Below are positions 29,866-39,524 of a stretch of 64,000 nucleotides of DNA, one piece after another. Position 1 is the stretch's first letter. Each line of letters starts with the position of its first letter. Position numbers and translations under genes: made by a program. Below the pieces are notes generated by a model that was not told the origin of the DNA, searched no databases, and saw only the letters and a list, made by a program, of their open reading frames with translations. The stretch comes from an uncultured delta proteobacterium (GTDB lineage: Bacteria; Desulfobacterota; RBG-13-43-22): contig CAWJJC010000020.1 in NCBI GenBank assembly GCA_963843145.1, positions 704,001 to 768,000 on the forward strand. Direction: 5' to 3'.

Positions 29866-31107
29866 ATGGAAAACCATGTGAATAGGCCGCAGCCCGTCAA
29901 CCGAACCCCGATTACTCGATTAGGCTTCACCCTCCTCCTGGTCCTGGCCCTGGCCGCCCCGGGCTGGTCGGCCCGCCTGAAAGATATCGCCTCTATCAAG
30001 GGGATCCGCAGTAACCAATTAGTCGGTTACGGTCTGGTGGTGGGGCTGAATGGGACCGGGGACAGTTCGAACAACGTCGACTTCGCCATCCGCTCCACTT
30101 TGAACATGCTGGAGCGTATGGGCGTTCATGTGGAACGGGAGCGTTTCTCCAACATCAAGCTTAAGAACGTAGCCGCGGTCATGGTCACGGCCAACCTCCC
30201 GCCCTTTGCCCGTCTGGGAAGTAAGATCGATGTGGTCATCTCTTCCATTGGAGACGCTAAAAGCCTCCAAGGGGGGACCTTGCTCTTGACCCCTTTGAAA
30301 GGGGTGGACCATCAGGTCTACGCCCTGACCCAGGGTCCGATTACGGTGGGCGGGTATGTGGTTTCGGGGGGGGCTGGCGGAGGGGTGATTAAAAACCATC
30401 CCACGGTGGCGACCATTTCCAAGGGCGCGATTATTGAGCGGGAGGTGCCGGTGCGTCTGGCGGACAAGAAAGAGCTGTTCTTGGCCCTCTATACCTCCGA
30501 TTTCACCACCGCTGAAAAGGTCAAGGAGATCATCAACCGGTTTGCCGGGGCCGAAATGGCCCGATCGCTCGATTCCGGGACCATCCGGATCTCCATTCCG
30601 GAGGGTCACCAATCCAACCCGGCGGATTGGATTGCGGCCATCGAAAGGTTGGAGGTGACCCCCGATGCCCCGGCCAAAGTTGTCGTCAATGAGCGGACCG
30701 GCACCATCGTCATGGGCGAAAATGTGCGAATTTCCACGGTGGCCGTGGCCCACGGCAATCTGAGCATCCAGATCAAAGAAAATTTCAATGTTTCCCAGCC
30801 CCTGCCCTTCGCCCCGGGCGCTCAGCCGGGAGCATCCGGCCGGGGGGTGACGCCCAGCGGCGCCCCACCTCCCGGTGGAGGCACCGGACCGATTGTCGCC
30901 CCCGGGGGAGCCACGGTGGTCACCCCCGACTCGGATGTCTCGGTCAAAGAGGAAGGGAAAAAGTTGATGGTCGTGCCCCAGGGGGCTAATTTGGGCGAAC
31001 TGGTCCAGTCGTTGAATGCCATCGGGGTGACACCCCGGGACCTGATCTCCATCCTGCAGACGATCAAGTCGGCCGGCGCCTTACAGGCGGACCTGGAAAT
31101 AATCTAA
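29866..31107 (+). CDS. flgI: P-ring protein FlgI
   Basis: RLKDI..G.R.NQLVGYGLVVGL.GTGD, NERTGTIV, GALQADLEII. Confidence 0.98.
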   Translation: MENHVNRPQPVNRTPITRLGFTLLLVLALAAPGWSARLKDIASIKGIRSNQLVGYGLVVGLNGTGDSSNNVDFAIRSTLNMLERMGVHVERERFSNIKLKNVAAVMVTANLPPFARLGSKIDVVISSIGDAKSLQGGTLLLTPLKGVDHQVYALTQGPITVGGYVVSGGAGGGVIKNHPTVATISKGAIIEREVPVRLADKKELFLALYTSDFTTAEKVKEIINRFAGAEMARSLDSGTIRISIPEGHQSNPADWIAAIERLEVTPDAPAKVVVNERTGTIVMGENVRISTVAVAHGNLSIQIKENFNVSQPLPFAPGAQPGASGRGVTPSGAPPPGGGTGPIVAPGGATVVTPDSDVSVKEEGKKLMVVPQGANLGELVQSLNAIGVTPRDLISILQTIKSAGALQADLEII

Positions 31108-31129
31108 ATTTTTAAGAAAAAGGGAAATA

Positions 31130-31507
31130 ATGCCGATTAACACCTTAGCCGTGAATCCGCCGCCCCTCCCGCTCCCGATGAAACCGGGCGGCAAAAAGAT
31201 CGATGAAAAGAAGCTGAAGAAGGCCTCCGAAGATTTTGAGGCCCTGTTTATCAATCAGCTTCTGCAATCCATGCGTCGGACGGTCCTGAAATCCAAATTA
31301 CTGGAAGACGCCCCCGGCAAGGAGGTTTATCAATCCCTGTTTGACCGGGAAATCAGTAAGAAAATGGCCCAAAAAGGGGCATTGGGCGTGGGAAAAATCA
31401 TCTACCGGAACGTGCTGGAACACGAAAAGGCTCGAATGGCCCGCCCGGCGAACGGTTTGCAAATGCCTGAAAGCGGAACCTTAACTGGATCGGGAGAAAA
31501 GCCATGA
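31130..31507 (+). CDS. flgJ: FlgJ, rod-binding domain only (no muramidase)
   Basis: LKKASEDFEALF..MRRTV, Y.SLFD; 125 aa. Confidence 0.88.
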   Translation: MPINTLAVNPPPLPLPMKPGGKKIDEKKLKKASEDFEALFINQLLQSMRRTVLKSKLLEDAPGKEVYQSLFDREISKKMAQKGALGVGKIIYRNVLEHEKARMARPANGLQMPESGTLTGSGEKP

Positions 31508-32019
31508 GTCAGGAAACTTTAAGGGGCCAACAAGTACTGGATTGGCTGAAGACCGAAAAACAGGGGTATGAAGCTCTGTTGGCTCTTCTGGACCAGGAGT
31601 GGGAGTGTCTTAAAAGGCGGGATATCACCCAGCTCATTCCTCTGACCCGGGCCAAAGAGAGCCGGATCCTGGAGCTTCATGATCTGGCTCAAAAAATCAG
31701 GCCTTATCTGCCGTTGGAAAAAGCGGCTGACAAATATACGGAAATCGGAGGGCCAGGCGGCGGGTCACAGGCTCAAGCCTCAGACCCCCGGGAAGCCGCT
31801 CTGGCCAAGGTTCAAAAATCCATCCGGAAAATAAAAATGGATATCCAGACCCGGAATGAAAGGAACCGGCGCTATATCGAGGAGAGCTTGAGGGTCATCG
31901 AAGAGTTCTTTTCCCTCCTGGCCCCACCGCCGGATAAACCAGCCGCCTATAGCCCCTTTGAAAACCGGCGGGCCATGAACTCCGGGGGCCCTTCCTCTTT
32001 TATCAGTCGGAGTTTATAG
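31504..32019 (+). CDS. flgN: Export chaperone FlgN
   Basis: Helical, NERNR..I, PAAY; position before flgK. Confidence 0.8.
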   Translation: MSQETLRGQQVLDWLKTEKQGYEALLALLDQEWECLKRRDITQLIPLTRAKESRILELHDLAQKIRPYLPLEKAADKYTEIGGPGGGSQAQASDPREAALAKVQKSIRKIKMDIQTRNERNRRYIEESLRVIEEFFSLLAPPPDKPAAYSPFENRRAMNSGGPSSFISRSL

Positions 32020-32027
32020 GAGTCGTT

Positions 32028-33509
32028 ATGTCGGGTATCTCCTTTGTGCTCAACCTGGCCCGGGGCGCCCTGTCTGCGCAGCAGCAGGGAATCGCTGTGA
32101 CCGGCCATAACATCGCCAATGTCAATACCCCCGGGTACAGCCGCCAAGTGGCTAATTTTGAAAATCTGGCCTCGGATACCACTTCCCCGATCAAGTTGGG
32201 CTACGGGGTGGTGGTGGATTCGGTCTCCCAATACTATGATCGGTTCATTACCCAAAGCCTGCAACAGCAGGAGAGCATCTTACAGGAAACCGCTACCAAG
32301 CAATCCACCCTTTCATACGTCCAGAGTCTGTTCAACGACCAGGCCGGGAATGGCCTCAGCCAGGCGCTGAACGAATTCTGGAACGGCTGGCAAGATCTGG
32401 CCAATAACCCGAGCGGTATTCCGGAGCGCACGGCCCTGCTCCAGAAGGCGGAAGCCCTGACCGAACGGTTTCACACCATCGGCAGTGATCTCACCCGCGT
32501 CCAAAGCGAAGTCGGCAACAGCCTCCAGGCTTCCATCAACGACTTGAATAATTTAACGGGCCAGGTGGCCGATTTGAACCAGAGGATTGTTTCCAGTGAA
32601 TCCAATGGGACGACGGCCAACGATTTGCGGGATCAGCGAAATGTATTGCTGAAAAAAATATCCGGCCTGATCGAGGGCCAGACTTTTGAGTCTAAAGACG
32701 GTTCCGTGACTTTCGTGACTACCAACGGCCAGCTCCTGGTCGACCACGCCCAATCCTGGAAATTGTCTCAAAACGGTTCGTCTATTTATTGGAACGGCGT
32801 CCCCACGGACATTAGTAGCCGCTTACAAGGAGGCAAGATCGGAGGACTTTTGGACCTCCGCGATGAGACGCTTCCCCAATACCTGGCCAACTTGGATGAA
32901 CTGGCGGGGACCCTGATCAAAAATGTTAACGATATCCATGCAGCCGGTTTTAATCTACAAGGGGTGGGCGGGATCAACTTTTTCAATGATTTCCAGACCC
33001 CTCCGAACGTTCCCAACACCGGGAATTACACCGGAGCCGCGGCTTTCATCGACTTGAGCACCGGCGCCAATGGCGTGAAAGACAACCCTGAAAACATCGC
33101 CGCGGCCGAAGCCAATTCACCCGGCCCTCCTCCGGGTCCTCTTCCGGGGGACAACCGCAACGCCCTGAAAATACTCTCCATTCAAACTGATTCCACCTTG
33201 AGTATCAAGAAGTGGACCTACACGGATGGGGGAGCGACTACTGCCTCGGTGACCACGACCTCCACCCTGGATGATTATTATCGCACCCTGGTGGGGGACA
33301 TCGGGGTCCTGACCGCGGGCGCCACGCAGCAATATGACTTTACTCAGACCAAGGTCGATAGCCTGAATGATGTCCGGGCCTCCGTCTCCGGGGTCAATCT
33401 GGATGAAGAGATGACCAAGTTGATGGAGATGCAGAGCGCTTACAAAGCAGCCGCCAAATTGGTAACGGTCTCCGACGAACTTTTTACTACGATACTACAA
33501 ATGACATAA
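32028..33509 (+). CDS. flgK: Hook-associated protein FlgK
   Basis: GHNIANVNTPGYSRQ, NDLRDQR, SGVNLDEE. Confidence 0.97.
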   Translation: MSGISFVLNLARGALSAQQQGIAVTGHNIANVNTPGYSRQVANFENLASDTTSPIKLGYGVVVDSVSQYYDRFITQSLQQQESILQETATKQSTLSYVQSLFNDQAGNGLSQALNEFWNGWQDLANNPSGIPERTALLQKAEALTERFHTIGSDLTRVQSEVGNSLQASINDLNNLTGQVADLNQRIVSSESNGTTANDLRDQRNVLLKKISGLIEGQTFESKDGSVTFVTTNGQLLVDHAQSWKLSQNGSSIYWNGVPTDISSRLQGGKIGGLLDLRDETLPQYLANLDELAGTLIKNVNDIHAAGFNLQGVGGINFFNDFQTPPNVPNTGNYTGAAAFIDLSTGANGVKDNPENIAAAEANSPGPPPGPLPGDNRNALKILSIQTDSTLSIKKWTYTDGGATTASVTTTSTLDDYYRTLVGDIGVLTAGATQQYDFTQTKVDSLNDVRASVSGVNLDEEMTKLMEMQSAYKAAAKLVTVSDELFTTILQMT

Positions 33510-33521
33510 AGGATACCCGCC

Positions 33522-34412
33522 ATGCGTATAGCCACCTCGACCCTTTTCGATAGCCTGGAACGGCGGATTCAGCAGTTGACCGAAGGCCTGAATACAGTCA
33601 ATGAAAAATTGTCGTCCCAAAAGAAGATCAACCGCCCCTCCGATGACCCCTTGGGCGCAGCCTCGGCCATCGGCTACCGGAACCTGTTGTCCCAGGTGGA
33701 TCAGTATGGGCGAAATCTAAATACCGGGAAATCCTGGATGGACTCCAGTGAATCCGCCCTGAGCCAATCGCAGGATGTGGTGACCCGGGCCAAAGAGATT
33801 GCGGTCCAAATGGCCAATGGCGCTCAATCAGCGGCGACCCGCAGCAACATGGCCATAGAGGTGGGCCACCTATTGGACCAGGCCATCTCCCTGGGGAACA
33901 CCCAGGTCGGCGGAAAATATATTTTCGCCGGTTTCCAAACGGGAAAGGCGCCTTTCGCCAAAGTGAATAATGGGACTATCGATACGGCTCAATACAACGG
34001 AGAGGGGAATGACTTTCAGGTAGCCATCGGACAAGGCGAGACCTTGGCCATCGGACGAAACGGCCAGACCGTATTTATGAATTCCACTCTTTTTGACACC
34101 TTGGGCGGTCTGAAGCAGGCCCTGGAGGACAATAATGTTACCGGGATTCAGCAGGCCATGACGGGGTTGGATTCCGCCCTGGATCATTTTAACAATCAAC
34201 TGGCCGACGTGGGGGCCCGGGCCAATCGCCTGGAGACCCGGCAGGGCATTTTGCAGAACATGACTTTGAATTTTACGGAACAGCTTTCCCAAGTCGAGGA
34301 TGCGGATATAGCCAAGATGTCCATTGATTTGGCACAGGTGCAGATGGCCTACCAGGCGACTCTGATGACCACCGCCCAGGTAGGGAAGCTGAGCCTGATC
34401 AATTATATGTAA
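33522..34412 (+). CDS. flgL: Hook-associated protein FlgL
   Basis: INRPSDDP, YIFAGF, VGARANR, YQATL..SLINYM. Confidence 0.95.
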   Translation: MRIATSTLFDSLERRIQQLTEGLNTVNEKLSSQKKINRPSDDPLGAASAIGYRNLLSQVDQYGRNLNTGKSWMDSSESALSQSQDVVTRAKEIAVQMANGAQSAATRSNMAIEVGHLLDQAISLGNTQVGGKYIFAGFQTGKAPFAKVNNGTIDTAQYNGEGNDFQVAIGQGETLAIGRNGQTVFMNSTLFDTLGGLKQALEDNNVTGIQQAMTGLDSALDHFNNQLADVGARANRLETRQGILQNMTLNFTEQLSQVEDADIAKMSIDLAQVQMAYQATLMTTAQVGKLSLINYM

Positions 34413-34476
34413 CCAAATATCCGGCGCCCCGCGCCCAGTGTATTTCATTTAATCGTTTTCGCCAGGGAGGGTGAAA

Positions 34477-34701
34477 ATGCTTATTTTAACGAGGAAAATA
34501 GGGGAAACCATCACCATCGGGGATCGGATCAAAATCGTGGTGGTCGATATTAAGGGCAAACAGGTCCGGTTAGGGGTTGAGGCCCCACAGGAGACCACGA
34601 TTTTTCGGGAAGAAATTTATCAAAAGATCCAGGCGGAGAACCGACTGGCGGCCCAATGGGATTTTTCCCAGTTGGATCAACTGACCGATCGATTAAAATA
34701 A
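34477..34701 (+). CDS. csrA: Translational regulator CsrA
   Basis: MLILTRK.GE.I.IG..VRLG.EAP..REEIY..IQ.EN. Confidence 0.97.
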   Translation: MLILTRKIGETITIGDRIKIVVVDIKGKQVRLGVEAPQETTIFREEIYQKIQAENRLAAQWDFSQLDQLTDRLK

Positions 34702-34724
34702 CCTTGTAGACAGGACCTAGGTCA

Positions 34725-35159
34725 TTGCAGATTGAAACCAGCCGTTTTGGTACGATAGTTGTCAAAGAGGAGCAGATCTTCCACCTGCCGGAAGGGATCA
34801 TCGGTTTTCCGGAGTGGACCCGCTATATCCTGATCAACCATAGAGAAGGGTCTCCCTTCCAGTGGTTTCAGTCCATAGAAAACCAGGACTTGGCCTTCGT
34901 TTTGATGGACCCCCTGGACCTGGTTGCGGACTACGATATAGACCTATCTCCCGAAGATTCTCTCCTGCTGCAGATCGATCAACCGGTCGCGGAGATCACG
35001 GCCCTGGTGGTAGTGAATATCTCTAAACAACCGCCATCGGAAATCACGGCTAACCTCCTGGCCCCGGTGGTGATCAATTCCGGAAAAAAAATCGCCAAAC
35101 AGATCATCCTCTATCAGAGCGACTATTCCGTCCGCCACCCGGTCCCCACAAAAAACTGA
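34725..35159 (+). CDS. fliW: Flagellar assembly factor FliW (CsrA antagonist)
   Basis: TSRFG, GIIGFP, WFQS..LAF, TANLLAPVVIN. Confidence 0.95.
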   Translation: MQIETSRFGTIVVKEEQIFHLPEGIIGFPEWTRYILINHREGSPFQWFQSIENQDLAFVLMDPLDLVADYDIDLSPEDSLLLQIDQPVAEITALVVVNISKQPPSEITANLLAPVVINSGKKIAKQIILYQSDYSVRHPVPTKN

Positions 35160-35184
35160 CCAAGAACTGTTGCCTCTCAAAAGA

Positions 35185-35212
35185 AAAAGCCGGCCAAAGC
35201 CGACTTTTTTTG
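35185..35212. terminator. Bidirectional intrinsic terminator between fliW and flgM
   Basis: AAAAAGCCGGC-CAAA-GCCGACTTTTTTT between convergent genes. Confidence 0.8.
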
Positions 35213-35234
35213 GGGAGGGAAGAAAAAGCAGGTA

Positions 35235-35549
35235 CTAGCTATTCAGTTCAACGAGAGACGCCTTCAACATCTTCCCGGCAAGTTCTTCACTGTTCACCTG
35301 GTAGGTTCCGGATTCCACTTTTTTCTTAAGGTCCGCCACTCTATCGGCTCGGGTATCCGGGGCCGAGAGAGCGAGCGCTTCTATCTTCTTAATCATCCTG
35401 AAGGAGGGGGATAAATCCACCCGGTCCCCAATTTGACTTTGTACCCTAGTTTCCGGATTGACCGTGCTCTGATCATTGGTGTTTACCTTGTTCTGCTGAT
35501 TGACATACTGGAGGATCTGAGCCTTTTGGCCGATATCTTGAATTTTCAT
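35235..35549 (-). CDS. flgM: Anti-sigma28 factor FlgM
   Basis: DRVDLS, R.DRVADLKKKVESGTYQV..LAGKM. Confidence 0.93.
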   Translation of the reverse strand: MKIQDIGQKAQILQYVNQQNKVNTNDQSTVNPETRVQSQIGDRVDLSPSFRMIKKIEALALSAPDTRADRVADLKKKVESGTYQVNSEELAGKMLKASLVELNS

Positions 35550-35562
35550 GAACCCTACTCCT

Positions 35563-35982
35563 TTATAACAGATTATTGCTGACTATGGTCTTGGTAATGT
35601 CTATTAAACGGTTTTTCAGTTGCTCGCTGTCCATCGGGGACAGGGTATCGACGACCTCTTTGCCCGCTTGATCCATCACCTTAAATACCAGGTATTCGTT
35701 TTCTTTTCGGTCGACCTCTAAAGGTTTCCCGTATTCCTGACTCAGCCGGTTTAGTATCTCCTGCGCTGTGCCGTTCCGTTCGGAGGTCTGGGTCAGATGA
35801 TTGAGCATTTCCTGGCTGATCGTATCCACCATGTGTCGTTTACGGGCTTCACTGGATATTTTTACAAAATCATTCTGCTCCCCCTTGTCTGACTTCCGGC
35901 TTCTCGCCAGCCGACTGCCTTCGGATATCTGCTGGCTATAGGTTCGCAGGACGTTTTGTATGTGATAGCTGGTGATGACCAT
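35563..35982 (-). CDS. FlgM-associated protein (DVU0524-like family)
   Basis: YHIQNVLRTYSQQ, D.VKIS.EARKR, L..EYG; directly upstream of flgM. Confidence 0.75.
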   Translation of the reverse strand: MVITSYHIQNVLRTYSQQISEGSRLARSRKSDKGEQNDFVKISSEARKRHMVDTISQEMLNHLTQTSERNGTAQEILNRLSQEYGKPLEVDRKENEYLVFKVMDQAGKEVVDTLSPMDSEQLKNRLIDITKTIVSNNLL

Positions 35983-36003
35983 GATACTTGCCTTTCACCG
36001 TCT

Positions 36004-36031
36004 ATATCGTCCAGGAGGGGGAAAAACTTTA
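36004..36031 (-). promoter_or_regulatory. Sigma28-like promoter for the flgM operon
   Basis: Minus strand TAAAGTTT...GACGATAT (TAAA-N16-GACGATAT). Confidence 0.7.
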
Positions 36032-36039
36032 ATCTTATT

Positions 36040-36399
36040 TTAAGCGGTCAGATTCACCCAGGCGCCCTTGGGAGGCAGATCCGAGCGGGGATCGGCTTGG
36101 CAGCGATAGGCTTCAATAAAGGTCTGCCTCAAAAAAGGGGGGATCTGAAGGGGTACCTCAGGGGAAGGGTCCGGATAAGCGGTGTTGATCCGATGGATGG
36201 GATTCGATGCTTCATAAGAAAGTCCGTCGTGCGAATTAGTTTCTAAAATAACCGCATCGGCTTCCAGGACGATCGGGTTTTTGACCTTGGGGGTCGGCGG
36301 ATTCGCCCGAAGCTTTCCGGGCAGAAAGTTATAATTGTATTCCTTCCGATGGGTTGCTATCGGAAAAAAAGCGACAGGAAGTGCTTTATTAACGGCCAT
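36040..36399 (-). CDS. Hypothetical protein (start uncertain)
   Basis: C-terminal AY...KG..VNLTA ending typical of small flagellar-linked proteins; downstream of a sigma70-like promoter. Confidence 0.45.
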   Translation of the reverse strand: MAVNKALPVAFFPIATHRKEYNYNFLPGKLRANPPTPKVKNPIVLEADAVILETNSHDGLSYEASNPIHRINTAYPDPSPEVPLQIPPFLRQTFIEAYRCQADPRSDLPPKGAWVNLTA

Positions 36400-36481
36400 A
36401 TTTAGAGATGCCTAAGCAAAAATCTTCCCAAATGCGCCAACCGTTTGATTAGAAAAGCCCACTTCTCTTACTACAGCAGTT

Positions 36482-36510
36482 AGAGTAAGATCAAAAAATA
36501 AAAAAGTCAA
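36482..36510 (-). promoter_or_regulatory. Sigma70-like promoter
   Basis: Minus strand TTGACT-N17-TACTCT with AT-rich upstream region. Confidence 0.6.
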
Positions 36511-36564
36511 ACTATTTTTTTAACAGATACAACCTGTTAAGCCACCCCCGGCTTTTCCATTTCT

Positions 36565-37194
36565 TTATCCTTGCTTAAAGGCCATCCCGATCAGGGGATA
36601 GACCACCATTCCTGCTAAAACCGCCGCATCTTCGGCAATTAAATACCGGGCGATGCTGGCATCGAACAAAACGTTGCCGTCCGGTGGGAACTCGTCGTCT
36701 CCGGCCCAGAGGATCAGGCAGACCGGGATCCTGGGGAAAGCCTGAAAACAGATACAGACATCCCCTTCCTCTCTTTCGACCCCGCCCTGTTGAACCCCCA
36801 ATTCGGCCAGGAGCCGAGGCCGGTGGCCGAAAGTCTTGACCAGGGGCTCTTTGGCCCGCTGGACAAAAGCCGAGTAATAGAACTCGCCTGAAGGGATCTC
36901 CCGGAAAGTGATCCATTGCCCGGCCAACGGGATCCCCGGGGCCTTTAGCAGGTAATGGAGGATCAAAACCTGCTCCTGCAGGGAAAGCTCTTTGGCCGGG
37001 TCCGGTCCCTGAACCTGGCCTTCCGGCCAGGCTATGGTAATCGTCTTATCCATAAACTGAAGCTTTAGGCGAGTCCCGTCCGGTCCCTGTTGGCAGGCTG
37101 CCCCGCTGAGGACCGCCGCCTGTTGGGGGTCCTGCTTGGCCCACTCCTCCCGGGCCAGTGCCAGGGCATTCTTATAATCGTCTATTCGGGACAT
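36565..37194 (-). CDS. DUF3786-like protein
   Basis: ILHYL, WITFREIPSG.FY..F, FPRIP..LW.GDDEFP..LFD, EDA. Confidence 0.8.
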   Translation of the reverse strand: MSRIDDYKNALALAREEWAKQDPQQAAVLSGAACQQGPDGTRLKLQFMDKTITIAWPEGQVQGPDPAKELSLQEQVLILHYLLKAPGIPLAGQWITFREIPSGEFYYSAFVQRAKEPLVKTFGHRPRLLAELGVQQGGVEREEGDVCICFQAFPRIPVCLILWAGDDEFPPDGNVLFDASIARYLIAEDAAVLAGMVVYPLIGMAFKQG

Positions 37195-39521
37195 GAAGCG
37201 TCCTTTATCCGGCACAAGGTGCAGAGGGTCTTATCTTTCAAGTCAATAATCCGGTATCCCCTGGCGCAGATCTGGTCACGAATCCGGTCGGCCTCGGTGA
37301 ACTCTTTGCGCTGCCGGGCCTGCTCCCGTTGCTCCAGCATATCCCGCACTTCTAAAGGAAGTTCCCGGTCCGGAAAATCAAAAATTTCCAATACGGTGTT
37401 GGTCTGCTTTAAGACCAAATCGATCTCCAGGAACTCTTCAGGGGTAATCCGCTTTTCAATGAATACCGGATTCAGGGCGCGGATGAGTTTGAAGAGGGCC
37501 GACAGGGCCGCCGCAATATTCAGATCGTCGTCCATGGCCCGCTTAAACCGGGTTTTGAAAAGATAAAGGGCCTCGCCGACCTCCGGATGCTCTTCCTGCC
37601 CCGCTTGCCGGGAATAAAGTTTCTGGACGAATTCATCCAGGCGTTTTAATGTCTTCCGGGACGTCTCCAGGGTTTTAAGGGAAAAATGAAGGGGTTTGCG
37701 GTAGTGAGTAGACAGCAGCCAGTACCGTACTTCCCGACCGCTGTAGCCCTGGTTCAAAAGGTCCCGTAAGGTGATCACATTCCCGCCGGCCGGGGAAATC
37801 TTTTTCCCTTCCACGTAAACCAGATCGCTGTGCAGCCAGTAGTTCACGAATTTCTTGCCGGTGGCCGCCTCGCTGATGGCGATTTCGTTTTCATGATGGG
37901 GGAAGACCAGATCCATCCCGCTGGTATGGATGTCAAAGGTTTCCCCCAAATATTTTAAGGCCATGGCCGAACATTCCACATGCCAGCCCGGACGCACATT
38001 CCCCCACTCGGTAACGAAATAGATCCCTTTCTTGAGTTCCGAAAGGTTGGTGCGCTTCAGCAAAGTGAAATCCCGGGGGTTGTCTTTTTCATATTCATCC
38101 AGGTCTACGGTTTTCCCAAGCTGGATTTTTTTTAAGTCAACCCGGGATAAGTGGCCATAAGGCTTAAAACGGGAGATATCAAAGTAAACCGAGCGGAACT
38201 TTTCATAGGCATACCCTTTTTTCAAGAGTTCCCGGGACAGGGCGATCATGTCCTCCACGTGCTCACTGGCCTTAGGATAATGGGATGCCCGTTTAATCCG
38301 CAAGGTGTCGATATCGCTTAAAAACGCCTGGGTGAAATACCCGGTGAAGGCCTCCAGGGTTTGGTTGGCTTCCTCGGCTCCGCGTATCGTCCGGTCATGA
38401 AGGTCGGTAATATTCATGACATGTTGGACCTCCAACCCCTTAAATTCCAGGTAGCGGCGCAGCAAATCGGCCATGACAAAGCGGCGGCAATTCCCCAGAT
38501 GAATCAAAGCGCTGACTGTGGGACCACAGGAATAAATGGAAACCCGGTTTTCCTTGAGGGGGACAAAATTTTCCTTTTCCCGGCTCAGAGTGTTATAAAA
38601 AACCAGCCCGTTTTTTTCCTTTTCATCGAAGAGCGTGGTGCTCAGATAGCGTTCCCCGCCGTCCGGGCAGATGACCACAATCAGGCCTTTCTTGAGTTGC
38701 TGGGCCTTTTGGAGGGCTACAAATACAGCTCCTCCTGAGCTCATCCCCAGCAGCAGGCCTTCTTCCCTGGCCAGCTTCCGGACCGTTTCAAAGGCCTCTT
38801 CATCCTCCACGTTGACTACTTCGTCCAATATGCTCTTGTCATAGATACCGGGCTTGTATGACTCCTTCATATTTTTCAGGCCCTGGATCTTATGACCCAA
38901 ATAAGGCTCCACGCCGACTATTTTTATGTTCGGGTTATATTCCTTGAGCCGCTTGGTCAGGCCCATCAGGGTTCCGGTGGTCCCCATAGTGGCCACCACC
39001 AGGGTCACCTTGCCCCCGGTCTGCTCCCAGATTTCCCGGCCGGTGCCGTGGTAGTGGGCCATGATGTTGTCCTGGTTATTAAACTGGTCCGGCAAGAAAT
39101 AGCGTTCCGGGTTCTCCCGAGCCATTTGATAGACCTTTTCGATGGCCCCATCGGTGCCCAGGTGAGCCGGCGTCAGGAGGATCTTGGCCCCGTAGGCCCG
39201 GAGGATCTTTTGGCGTTCAATGCTGGCCGATTCGGGCATGGCCAGAAGCAGTGGATACCCCCTGACGGCAGCTACCAGGGCCAGACCGATTCCAGTGTTT
39301 CCCGAGGTGGCTTCAATTATGGTTTTATCCTTAGTCAAGGCGCCGCTTTTTTCCGCACCCTCCACCATGGACAAGGCGACGCGGTCCTTGATCGATCCGC
39401 CAGGATTAAAGGACTCGATCTTAGCCCAGACCGCCGCCTTTTTATTGAGATTAAGTCGATTCAATTTGATCAACGGGGTATGGCCGATGAGGCTGGTTAT
39501 GTCGGGAAAGGCGTGTTTCAT
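37182..39521 (-). CDS. cysS: Fusion of PLP-dependent cysteine synthase (CysM/CysK-like, aa 1-~300) and cysteinyl-tRNA synthetase (aa ~305-779)
   Basis: NPGGSIKDR (PLP lysine), EATSGNTG, GTTGT, DGGERYLS; then CGPTV..HLGN, PGWHVECSAM, FPHHENE, DDDLN, ADRIRD; single uninterrupted frame. Confidence 0.95.
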   Translation of the reverse strand: MKHAFPDITSLIGHTPLIKLNRLNLNKKAAVWAKIESFNPGGSIKDRVALSMVEGAEKSGALTKDKTIIEATSGNTGIGLALVAAVRGYPLLLAMPESASIERQKILRAYGAKILLTPAHLGTDGAIEKVYQMARENPERYFLPDQFNNQDNIMAHYHGTGREIWEQTGGKVTLVVATMGTTGTLMGLTKRLKEYNPNIKIVGVEPYLGHKIQGLKNMKESYKPGIYDKSILDEVVNVEDEEAFETVRKLAREEGLLLGMSSGGAVFVALQKAQQLKKGLIVVICPDGGERYLSTTLFDEKEKNGLVFYNTLSREKENFVPLKENRVSIYSCGPTVSALIHLGNCRRFVMADLLRRYLEFKGLEVQHVMNITDLHDRTIRGAEEANQTLEAFTGYFTQAFLSDIDTLRIKRASHYPKASEHVEDMIALSRELLKKGYAYEKFRSVYFDISRFKPYGHLSRVDLKKIQLGKTVDLDEYEKDNPRDFTLLKRTNLSELKKGIYFVTEWGNVRPGWHVECSAMALKYLGETFDIHTSGMDLVFPHHENEIAISEAATGKKFVNYWLHSDLVYVEGKKISPAGGNVITLRDLLNQGYSGREVRYWLLSTHYRKPLHFSLKTLETSRKTLKRLDEFVQKLYSRQAGQEEHPEVGEALYLFKTRFKRAMDDDLNIAAALSALFKLIRALNPVFIEKRITPEEFLEIDLVLKQTNTVLEIFDFPDRELPLEVRDMLEQREQARQRKEFTEADRIRDQICARGYRIIDLKDKTLCTLCRIKDASCPE

Positions 39522-39524
39522 GGG

